Shown here: in pieces, positions 26,734-37,930 of the stretch
How the letters are laid out: every line of letters begins with the position of its first letter
Numbering within the stretch: the stretch's first letter is position 1
Source: Iphione sp. A-MEVVRFRX5
Taxonomy: Eukaryota
DNA length: 64,000 nucleotides
Direction of reading: 5' to 3'
NCBI GenBank assembly: GCA_976226885.1
Contig: OZ320313.1
Span: forward strand, 145,452,001-145,516,000
The notes under the pieces: model-generated
What the model was told of the DNA's origin: nothing
The model's database searches: none
The model's input: the letters and a program-made list of their open reading frames with translations, nothing else
Translations under genes and position numbers: made by a program

Positions 26734-28719
26734 CTTACGTGTCAGCCTCATAAATAAAACCACCGGTAACCTGGAGTTACCAGCCCTGTTCATTTAGATT
26801 TCTGATTCTGAAGTGTTCTGAAAATGCGCTGCGCGTAATACGTCACTATATTGTGAGGTTGGGTTACCCCCTCACTGACCCCTGTTTGAAACCTGAACAA
26901 CAAGAAACCTCGTCAAGAAAAAGCTAGGCGCTCTGAGAAGCAAACTTGTATAGGTGTGGTAACTAGTCGCTGCATCTAGTCTCTCTTTCACGCATTAGCT
27001 ACCAGTCAATTCGTTAACAACGATGCCCCCCTCCCAAAATGAATCTTTAAATATTTACCCTGCCTGTGCTTTTTTTAAAATAATTTTTGGTAACTCTCTA
27101 AAACAAAGTCATCCAGAGAACCGTTGATAACATTGTCAATGTTATCGAGACGAGCTGAGGTCATCATTTTAGCGTTATTCCATTGACTTTGTTATATCTA
27201 TTTGGTATCAATACCACTTCTGAACCGTTTGACTCCTGGGCGTATTCAAAATATAAGGATCTTAATGAAAGTCAAAATATCTTAGATTTAAACATGTAAA
27301 CAATGAAAAATTATCTTCGTTTTCATCGTTTACTTCCCCAAAACATCCCTCTTTCCCCAAATCACTAGCATTATAAGCATGCACGCGCAGTGAATGTTAT
27401 TGATTAGGTAGCTACGGTTATACACTCGGCTGTGGATAAAGTTCGTGAAGTTATGTTGCAAAGCGGCATCTCGTGATGCATGTATTTCTAGAATCTTCTG
27501 ATTAAAGGAGAGGGCATCGGTCCACGTATCTATAACCGTGGAAAAACCCATATTTTACATGTATTTAATTTTTTTCTTATATGAACACAGCTCAATTAGG
27601 GCCGTTGGAATTGGCGAAACCTAGATTGAAAGCTTCAGCAGTATATCAAAGCTTTGTCGTAAACCAGATATTTACATTATTTGGCAACATGGCTTCACAT
27701 GCATCTGTGAGATTGACATATCTTACAACACCCATAGCCACCACCCAGACAAAGACAGTTGATCTTGAGTCAGCCCGAATAGGTTATTTCTCTGCCAAAT
27801 CAAAGAATTATCTCATACAGTTGAAACCCGCGCAAGAGACCAAGCTTATGACTGACTAATTTTGGTCTCCCACGATTTGGTCTTAGAAATGTTGGTCTCT
27901 CTCCGGTTCGGTGTCCCCTGTGATTTGGTCTTTGACCAGGTCTTCCCTGTATATTTACCACAAAGAGCCCTGGTATATTGCACATGTTGTGCATGTTCTT
28001 TGTATATATGCACATAGAGGATCATCCCATCAAGCCAAAAGAGAAACAGAGAAATTTATAGGAAAATAAAAAACATAGACAGGATCCAGAAAGCATAACC
28101 TCTAGACGTATCTCTCTGACAGTTCAGAATATATTATTCCTATAGTACAAACGTTACCTTTGTCGAACCATTTTGAATTGTGAAAGTGTACACAAACCAG
28201 CGCTGTTTGTGCTGTTTGTCCTCCTTATTACATCTTGAGATTAAAGTCAGTTTATAATCATTTTTTGCTCCTCATGTAGACTTCGTAGAGCTTGTCTGGG
28301 CTTGTTCTGATGAATCATGCAACAAACACAGCATAACCTCATCATATTGGTTTATATCGATCTTTTGTATATATGTATACTTGTACATTGTACATGTGCA
28401 TTTGTTCGTGTGTGTCACTGCACAGTGTGAAAGGTGCTACTCTCACAGATTTTGTAATTTCTTGATGATATTTCAGCACCTGTTACATGTACATTTACAT
28501 GTCGATTTTGATGTTTGAGGGTGCAGTTTTAGAACTGATGACTGGTACATGACTCATTATTCCCCGGCTCAACCAAATAATATACATATTTTTTCATTAT
28601 TTTTAACCAGGAACAAGATATTCAGCCCTTTCAGCTTTTCTTCCATATCCATAAATTATCTATATATAGAGAGCTTTGATGTGGCTACAATTTGAACAAT
28701 CAAGCATAGATGGTTAGCT

Positions 28720-28960
28720 GGAATCCGAGGATACCGAGGCCACTTTGTTAAGCTTCACACTACCACATTTGCGTTGTGTGTTTAATGGAGGTCATATCCA
28801 TGATGTTCGGTACATGTTTGCAGAATGTATGACCTCCATAGTTGAGCTGGATAAAAGGAAGTATTGTGGGAGGGGCTTAGTCTTTGAAGTGTGAGCCTGG
28901 TTGAGAGGTATGGTGGGATAGATCAGATAACAGCTTCTCACGAAGTTCCGTGCTTTACCT
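28720..28960 (-). mobile_element. Decayed LINE (CR1/L2-group-like) reverse transcriptase fragment
   Basis: Minus strand reads HTSKTKPLPQYFLLSSSTMEVIHSA...(DL)xNT...KLNK with stops and shifts. It resembles the post-YADD segment ...LEVVxSAKYLG...DLxWNTH...KxNK. Confidence 0.5.
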
Positions 28961-29219
28961 ATGGGTAATTCAATGCTAAAATATGGTGTGGCCAGAGTTT
29001 GTACTGAGAGGAAGGTTCTTCATTGAGTTGGCAGGTCTTAGTAAGATACAGTGTGATTGAGAGGTGGTCATGGGCTGGGAGGGTAGGTGTGAGTGTTTGA
29101 GTGGCAGCTGGGTAGCAGTGGGTGATGTGGTGGGTGATGGCAGGCATCATGAGGAAAGGAAGGGGGTTTGAGTGGGAGGTAGGGTGGGAGAAGATCGGTG
29201 GTAATGGAAGTCCCTCCCC

Positions 29220-29360
29220 AACCTCTGAGGACCTCCCCCCCCCCCCCGGCCGCTACAGGCGTCCTGAGGCAGCATCGTGGGTCTCCCTCCTCTAAGGACC
29301 CCCCACAGCCACCAAAGGCATCCTGAGACAGCATTGTGGGTCCCCCAATGCTGCCTCTAC
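29220..29360. repeat. ~55-60-bp imperfect tandem duplication containing a 12-bp hairpin
   Basis: gtcctgaggcagcatcgtggg versus atcctgagacagcattgtggg; inverted arms at 29325-29336 and 29346-29357 (11/12 match). Confidence 0.7.
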
Positions 29361-29821
29361 TGCTACTCCTACTCTCATTCATATATGACCTCCATTTGCA
29401 GCATTCGCTGCACCTACAGCTTGTTTCTTTCTTGAAATCCAAACTGTAGCTGTATACAACATATTTACTTTCACACGTGTTCCTGGTTCCACAGTTCCCA
29501 TTTTACCAGCGGAGTATACGTCTGTGACTATTCACAAGGTCTCAGCCTTCCCGAATCAAGAATTGAACACTGAACCTCTTTCTCACTCTATTCAGCAAAG
29601 GTACGTTTTTAATATTTTCCCAGATTGGGAAGTACATGTACATGTGCTGCCTTTACCATACCAAGGTGATACACTCAGCTTTGTAAAGCGTACAAGCGTG
29701 TCCTGTGAAGTACGGTACATGTATCTGTTTCGGCATTGGGCAGTGGCCCAAAGGTGACTGTTGCGTGATCATCTTAACAGAAACGAATACATGTATCTTA
29801 ATATGTTCTAATATCCACTAG

Positions 29822-29964
29822 CCTATCCAATATCCACTATCATTTAGCCTGATGAAGTTCTCGTGAGAGGACGAAACGTTGCTCCCATCATTGCTCCCCT
29901 TTAGTTAATAAAGTCCTAAGTTCCAGAGACTCTGTTGGTTGGGTGTCTTTTGTCCTAAGTTAAC
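29822..29964 (+). mobile_element. ~143-bp hammerhead-bearing mini-element (solo PLE pseudo-LTR or retrozyme-like) with a candidate 9-bp TSD
   Basis: atccactag at 29813-29821 and 29965-29973 flanks the ribozyme and a downstream AATAAA (~29907). Confidence 0.55.
29846..29883 (+). ncRNA. Minimal type-I hammerhead ribozyme (PLE/retrozyme type), predicted to need dimerisation
   Basis: AGC-CUGAUGA-A-GUUCUC-GUGA-GAGGAC-GAA-ACGU-U-GCU. Stem I is AGC/GCU, stem II is 6 bp with a GNRA loop, stem III is the loopless palindrome ACGU, and the triplet is GUU. Confidence 0.8.
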
Positions 29965-31276
29965 ATCCACTAGGTAATCTTCACCTCTCTCATTGATGTC
30001 AAGATTCAAGATTATTGCGCAGAAATGTCATCCTAGCTGGATGATTTTTTAAAAATTATTTTAAAAAATTGTTTTCATAAGTAGATGTTGGTGTTTTGTC
30101 TTGTTTTGGGGGGCCTTTCTTTACACCCTCGTCCGTGGAGTACACCTCATCGTGAGTGTAGATCTACGGTATACATGTACTTTCTGAGTTTCATAGAGAA
30201 GTTAGTGAAACACGTTGCTTACGTCATTTCTTTTTTTATCTAGAAAGCATTAGCTCTCCGGATTCGTGAGTGAGGCCGCCGCAAAGTACGCGCTGGCCTT
30301 CAGCTACCGTGAACTTGTTCTTGACCACCTGTTGTCTGAGGATGCGCTCCTAAAAATACATAATGGCCGATTAAAAACAAAAACAGTGTGGGCTATAGGT
30401 CAGCAGGGTGCACTTGGAGTGAGGGACTTATATTTGTAGCTAGACCTCATCGTTAGGTCTGGTCACTGAGTCAGCTGCTCGGGCTTGTCACCACACCCAC
30501 TGCTGTGGGTAGAAGGCGGCACCATGTATCGTTCAACGATTATCGCCTTTCCCTCCGCCGAATGTTTGACAGAAGTAGTCATCACACCTGTGCCGGTGGG
30601 AATTTCGTAAGCCGCTCTCCCAAAGCATGGCCCAGCTGCACCCGTTTCGCAAGGGTTATTCCAGACTTCCTGGAGTGGTATTGGAATGGGGAGAAAATGT
30701 TGCTTTGCATGTTTTGGTCGGTTTACTGCGACCACCTTCACTTCATCAACGCATTCTTCGAAGAAATGTTGACCCAAACTTCGAACTAAGATTTCTTTGT
30801 TACCATTTCTTTTGTCTCCGATCAGAAGTTTTATTATGGTGGTATCAGAACTAGGAAGTGAAAGCTTGGAACTGTTCTGTAGCCTTCCAACCAAGCCACT
30901 ACGACTTCAATCCGTTCATTTTACTCAGCTTGATGAACAAAAACTTAAGAATGAAAGGGGATCGGTGGCGATACCTGCGTTTGCCATCCGCGTGCGTTTG
31001 TATGCTTTTTGTTAAGCATGTTGGTTTCAATGGAGGGTGTTTCTGACCTGTCTGTGCGTTTGTGTGCATTTGTTCATTATTGGTCTTAGCTCGTTAATTT
31101 AACACTCGGACATCAACGCTAAAAAGTCTAGTGCAGATATCCTTTGACGGAGGGGATGTTTAACATGATTACGGCATTACAGCACTTTACAGCACATTTA
31201 CGTACAACTATGCACAAATTGGGCATTAGGTTGCGTGAAAACAAAAATGCATACCAACACACCCGGGGGTGTAATA

Positions 31277-31452
31277 CAGTAGCAACTCACCTTGAGGGCA
31301 CTGAACTAAGAGGACAACTCAGGAATAAGGGCAATTTTTTTTGTCCCAATGGTACATTTTCTGTAATATAACAACTCAGGTAGGAGGGCAACTCGCAGTT
31401 AAGTGCAATTTTGTCTGGTCCCATAGATGGTCTTAATTCTGAGCTGCTGCTG
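31277..31452. mobile_element. Tc1/mariner (pogo/Tigger-like) MITE with TA TSD
   Basis: TA|CAGTAGCAACTCA...TGAGCTGCTGCTG|TA; terminal inverted repeat matches at 11 of 13 positions. Confidence 0.75.
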
Positions 31453-32339
31453 TACATGTACAGCCGTAACACTGCCGAGTCCAACTCAGTCTTTCCTTTC
31501 CATTTCATCTCCCGCAGTCCACACAGGCTGAGTGCTCATCTTGATCTGATCGTCCACACAAAGACCTTTTAGTACATTGTACTCTCGTTTAGGATCCCGG
31601 GATGCGGGCCGAGAGTTAATTGGAAGCCAGTTCATTGCGAGTCTAGCTGGAACTGTCACAAATTACATACACGCACATAGTTCGGGTGTATCCTCTTCCC
31701 TAGTTAGCAACAGTGGAAAGATATTTTTTCCGTCGTCAAAGTTATGAAAATAGGGTATATGTATCATTCTGAAATGTATATGTATCATTCTGAAATATTA
31801 CATGCAGTGATGGTGGTGGATGTCCTGTTTAACTATTAAGCTGCTGTGGAGTTATGCTGACAGATAAGTCATGTCATCTTTCTGTCCTAGTTTTTGCCTG
31901 AGCAGCCAAGCAGGTTTGGGGAACGCGTGTGAGATTAATAACTGGCATGCCTTTGAGAACGGGGACGGAGTTTGAAGGAGCAGAAGTTGTTGTTCCATGT
32001 GGCCAGTACGTATGACTGTCCGTCACTTCGTCATCTTTAGTGTCCTTGTCGACATGCGGAGTCGGATGTGGAGCTAGATACGGCGGCTCGTAAGCGGCTG
32101 GCAGAGCTCTGGGTGGGGGAGGGGGAGGGGGTGGGCAGCGGGGCTGGAATGTGAGGGAAGTGTTTGCTGCCGGATGGAACCAAAGAGCCTTCAGCACGAG
32201 GCGAAAGGTCAGTGGCAAACATAGCACACTATGTAGCCGACTTGTAACGGGGACGGCCATAGCTGTGTAAAACACCAGGCAACTACCACAGCAGCAGCAG
32301 AGGCGTCGGCGGCGTTGATAATAGTGGCAGGTGCAAAAC

Positions 32340-32480
32340 AGACCCGTCATTGACTGTACTCAATCCGTCCGGACTTGAACCGGGCGCCCGGGCGTCAGCG
32401 GGGTGAAGCGGTGCATCGGGCGCCTCTCACGGTAGGGCGTCACCTGACGCCGTGGGGGTGGGAGGATTGGGGGCGTCAGT
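32340..32480 (-). promoter_or_regulatory. Candidate promoter with five TGACG half-CRE sites, a CCAAT box and a GT/GC box
   Basis: CGTCA at ~32345, 32393 and 32474; inverted pair GGCGTCA-cc-TGACGCC at 32436-32451; ATTGG at 32466-32470; GGGGGTGGGAGG at 32454-32465; adjoins GC-rich UTR-like sequence on the minus strand. Confidence 0.5.
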
Positions 32481-35400
32481 TTGTGTGTCCTAGTAGTATA
32501 GGAAAAAATGGAGACCTGGAATGCTCCAACTCTGGTGTGGGACGACCTACATTGAAGCCTTTACGCGCATGTTACAAAGTCAAGTATCACTGAGGTATTA
32601 ACCATCTAAAATAAGGCCGTGAGTTATGTCCGCATTCCAGAAAGTAAAGTGTGAGAGGGAAGGGTCTCCACAGACAGACAGAGAATAGACAGACAGAATA
32701 AACTGCTTTTCAGCCAGCCAGACAAGGTACCGTAAGCAGAAAGTCGGTGGAAGTCAGATAACGTAAGCATGTTGTCGTGGGAACAGCTGTGTAGTAGGCA
32801 GTTCCGCCGTCCTTGGGTCTGGTGGTGGCCTTTCAGAGCCAGTACATGTACATGTCAGAACTGGCCGAGGTTAACGTGTTTTTTTTAACATGGGCGACAA
32901 TAAAATAGGTTAAAAACTGAACTTTGAAGCCTGCAAGTGAACGCTGGAAACCGCGGTCGGGCAGACCGTTGCCGTTGGTCTTGAACGCCCCATTGCTTCC
33001 CCTAAGTTAAAATACTCGGTACGGATGCGTGTTCAAAGGCGGTGACCCAACGCACCCCCTACCCACCAACCCACCCACCCACCCAGGCATGTTTTATTGG
33101 AGTCCATGTTTAATATCGCTACTTAATTACTTCAAACATGTAACATGCACCCACCTGGCTCGTACCAAAGGTCACGGACCTGAGTAATAGAGCGGGGGCA
33201 TGGTGTCGAGGCGGTTTCATGACCTATGGCGCCCCCTGTCTCCCAACCTCCCTTTACCTCCGTCGTAGTTTTTTCACCGCCCGCGGTCCAAGTAGCCACA
33301 GTAACTTAACCTACCCCTTCACAAAAGTTCACCCTCGTTCAGCCGTAGGGTAGCTTACTGAAGCACTCGGCGCAATCAGTGCTAGAAACCTGAACCCCTG
33401 GTATGACCAGGGCGAACAGCGGCCAACCTACACAGATACCTTTCACCTTATGAAACTATCAACCAGTATAATGTAACTAATCCACCAGTTGGCTGGACAG
33501 TAGATTCCATCTGGACATCGTTGCATCGTCAGCATTATCACATGTTCCTGTTTTTTGTGTTGTTTTGTGTTATGACTTGAGCTTGGAATGTTGGCCCAGC
33601 TGGCAACCTAAAAGAAACCGAAGTACTTCACTCATTTACTTATTAGTCAAGTTAGATTAACTCCAAAGAATGGTCATTCTGTAACCTCCAGAAAGGTGCT
33701 TAAGTTTTAAAAAAGATCCGGATACATGTCGGTCGTATGTACGAAACCAAGTGTTCATATTTTCATTAGAATCTCATTCCAAGTACGGTGACCTAATTTT
33801 TTTGAACAAAACATCTTATTAACCCGGAATAGACATCCGCTGACGAATGAAAATGATTGTTTCCTGGCGGGGAGAAAAAGCATACACTATAAATGAGTAG
33901 GTCCGTGCTTCGAGTAGATCTAAATCCTTGTCATTACAATATTAACCTCATTACTCGCAAGGAAGCACTTAAACAGAGCCACTCGTTGGGGCGAGGGGGG
34001 GAGGGGCTCTGTTGGACTCAGGAGACGGATTATCCCGTTCGATAATCACCCGTGTTAAGTGTGTGGTCTGATCCCTCCTGTATTCCAGGTCATACTAACA
34101 AAACACGTAAGGTATGGCCTACTACAGACAGGTGTAGGTGGATAGGTGCGGAACCAGTGCAGGAAGTTGGATCAGACCCTGGTCTAGGTAAGTTAGTCGG
34201 TCAGGTGGTTGGCAGCGTACCTCTTCAGTGGGCCATTCGGCGGGGGAGGACCAGACGATTAGCTACTCAGTATACATATGTATAAATATAAATATAAGCT
34301 AAATATGTACACTGACCTAACGCTGGTTGCTGTGTGGCGCAACCAGCAGACTCGTCGATTGACCCGTTTTTCAACTTTGGTCTGAGTCACTTCCAGTCCT
34401 GCGTCATGCATGTCGAGCGTACAGGGGCAGGAATATATATGTATACACAGTAAAGTGCTGGAGTTGGTACATAGTTGTGTTAATATGTGTGATGGAGAAA
34501 GACTAAATTATTAAGCATATCAAACTGGCTTGTATGGAATCCTAGCAAGACTTTCATTACGGCATGCATAACTTCTATTCTGTAGAATGTTAATAAATAA
34601 TTTTAAGTTTTAACAATATCAGTGTTGCATACTGTTTTATTTTTTTTGAAGGGGGTGCATAAAACGACACTTTCCTCGTTCCCTATTGCGTGTTTTCTGA
34701 ACGGTAGTGCTTCCCCATCACCGGCCACTTGTGGTAAACGTACACTCATACATGAATATGCACACATCTACATATATATGTATATTCCTTATATGGAGGC
34801 AAATTGTGCCCGCTGTAAAACGACTTTTACGACTCAAAGAAACATTGTATGAATATGTATATAAATGACGTCTTAATGCGGCCAAATCCCGGGAGAGACC
34901 AAAATAAGCCAGTCCGTAGCTTGGTCCCCTACACGGGTCTCGGCTATACTTGAAATTTACCTTTTGAATCATAATTTCCCCTTCGGATAAGGGCAGTGTT
35001 TGTACACCCAGGATTTTCACTTCTTTTGAAAGAATATCTTCGGACACGTATAGTTGCAGGCCATAATCTGTGGACAAGTAGCACGTCAAGGGACAACAAA
35101 GTATTACCTTACTTCTCCTAAGGGGCAACAGAGATATACAATGTATTTTGATGTCACCTAGTCAACAAAATTTTTTTGTTATAATGATATCATAACTACA
35201 GATGCACTCTCCATATAAACCGCTGAGGTAATGTAGTGTGTCCCTGACAACAGAGATCCGTCAACATCAACCTACAACTCATTGCGGTTTGGGAATCATA
35301 GTTGCCTTGTTTTGTTTACATATATATATGTATATATACATGTGTTACCTTGACATGATCATAAGTTATTCATGTACCTCGCATTCCTCTTGGCCGCCCC

Positions 35401-37619
35401 CCCAAAAGGAAAATATTAGTAATGTACCGCAGAAGGATATCATACTTGTACCCTTAACTATAGGTTGAAGGCATCACAACAGTTCCAAAGGAGAAGGTTG
35501 GCTCTATTCTTGAATATGGTACAACTGCTAACTTTCTGCCTGTTGGGGCCTTCATCGGGCAAGTGGATTTTGAGCGTGAAATAACATGCTTATATGCTGG
35601 TTGGTGGGAAAAATCCACACCATGTGGAACTTGATAATGATTGGATGTAACTATGATTCAAATAACAGTGATAAATATAAACGTACTATGAACGTCTCTG
35701 TTGGTCCTGTTAGCTTGAGAAATGTAATATCACAAATAGTTAAGTCAGCCACAAGAATTCTTTCATTGGCAACAGAAAAGAACAGGTAATATCACTTTAA
35801 TAGTCTTGCACATAATACGCACATCTTATATATTGCCGGGAAGTCAGATGTCTCATTTGCTTTGGATAACTAGGTTAATAGCCTCCGGGTTGGGCGCCCC
35901 TTCCCCCCATTGAGTTCTGAACCTCAACATTGAAACAAGTCTAGTGAGCTCTGGATGTAGGTAGTGACCACTACCGGGTTCTTGGACGGCGGCGGGGAGG
36001 GATTGCCCCCCCCCCCCCCCCCGCGAGTAGACGTAAATAGTGCTCATAACCTAAACTCTCGCATTTGGCAGGTTACTTGGCCAGTGCTGCCAGAGCACAC
36101 ACTTATGTTTAGTGATTTAGTTGATGAGAGCAGAGTCGATTGTGAATGTGGGTAAAAGCCCGGACTGGTGGAGGGACAGCCAGTGGTAAAACACTGGGAA
36201 AAGATTTGTAGAAAGACACTATATATGTCTGAAGATAGAATAATGTTTGAGATTCAGGTAAATGCGTGAGGCAGCAATTAGATCCACACAGCAGACAGTT
36301 TTCGTAAATATAGTCGACCATAAAAGCTCTTGGGGGTAATACTTTTCATGCTGTGTTTTTTCTCTCTTTTTTTCAAATAAAGGCACGACCATTATTTGCC
36401 ATCTGCTAGTATTCTTTGTCTCGTTGTGCGTTCTGGTGTAGTACATCTATCCTAGTATACATTTGTGCGTCATGTCTTGGAGAATCCATCAAAAGATCAA
36501 GGCGGAGTCAGGACACTGGAGTTGGTCTAGGGGTGAGGTGGCAATGTAAATAGAGTCGCCTGTGTGTATATACACGTGTAACCTGTGTGTATATGTTAAA
36601 ATGCAGACATCTCTGCACCTGGACCTAGGACTATGTCAGTGTTGCCAGCATGCCAAGCTGCGTGTGTGCTAATAAGGTCAAGGGTCTGGCAGGAGCCCCG
36701 TGCCAAATGATCCAAGTCCAGGAATATTACATGCATAGAGACGGCGCTCTTTGTGTTTACTTGACCATTATTCATTCTCTCACACAATGAGGGATTTGTC
36801 TGTGTAAGTTTAGATTTATAATGCACGTCAACTCTTGTTTGCTTAACCTAGATCCAGACTTCGCGGAATGTTGTAATGTGCCGCTATACTTGGAAACTTG
36901 GTTCCCCATTTGGGACTAATATTTCAGTAATAGAATTTACATGAATTATGAGGCGACAGTGGCATAGCATAGTCTGTAGACGTTATCTAAAGTTTATTTC
37001 CGAACGCGTACCTCTACATTTACTCCATTAAACGAGGTGAAAGTAGTCTGTATAACGCGAAGAAGTTCACTTTATTGACATCGAGTATTACATGAAAGAA
37101 AATATAACATAATTCTTGAAGGGTATCCGAAGAGAAATTCATTTAAACTAGTCATTCTGGGCTACTTGTTATGCTCTTTGATGTGGTTTCTGCTGGCGCC
37201 GGACACTGTGATATAAATTCCCCACAGACGAGCAGCTCGGAGATTGAGAGCTAGCTGTGAGTTTATCATCTGGACTCATCATCATTTACGCCTGTGTTGT
37301 GGTCAGAAACCTGGACGATTCATTGCGTGTGATACAATAATTATTCAAAATCGTCTGTCCCGTTTCCCGTCTTTATTTCTAGACTTCTCTTAAGACGAAT
37401 AGGTCAGATGAATAATTACTGTTTTCCTGATTTACGGGTAAAACACGTCTTTTCCTGTTTTATCACCCATTATGAAAATGTCGGAATAAGAGCGACCTAG
37501 TCCGATGAAGATGTTAATTGCAACACCCACACTTCGCTTGCAAACGGCATCGCTATTGGTCAATGCCACGACTAAGGCTCCATCCAACCTTACAGAAGGT
37601 CGTTAGATCGACTTGTGGT

Positions 37620-37930
37620 TTTCAAGGTCAGCCTAAGGTCGAGCGAGTGGAGACAGTATGGCGCGCGCGCGGATGCGCGTCTGCCGCCGCCGCCCCTCGC
37701 CGCCGCGCCGGGAGCCGCTGAGTCACGCGCGCCGGCCCATCTGGACCGACGGCCGCTTCCTCCGACGGCTCGCCCGGCGTCCCAGGAGGGCCCCTAGAGC
37801 CCTCGGCCACTAATAATCGGCCATGTCTGCTCACCCGGAAGGCGCCAAACCCCTCCATCGTCGTTGGCGGCGCTGTCGTCGCACCGCGCTATTACTATCA
37901 ATCACCGACCCCGTCCTACCCCCGTCCGCG
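37620..37930. promoter_or_regulatory. GC/CpG-rich island, candidate promoter or enhancer
   Basis: (GC)5 at 37661-37671, gccgccgcc runs, AP-1 TGAGTCA at 37719-37725, TCAAGGTCA at 37622-37630. Confidence 0.45.

Noticed and set aside
30505-30789. 94-aa ORF as a membrane protein exon
   Set aside because: No family recognised, no convincing splice sites, and overlapping ORFs of similar length occur in other frames.
32827-32841. Histone 3' stem-loop-like GGCCTTTCAGAGCC
   Set aside because: Two nucleotides short of the consensus, with no histone CDS upstream.
34645-35220. Possible Kolobok-like non-autonomous element (also 58730-59060)
   Set aside because: Ends are too degenerate; no TIR or TSD could be fixed by eye.
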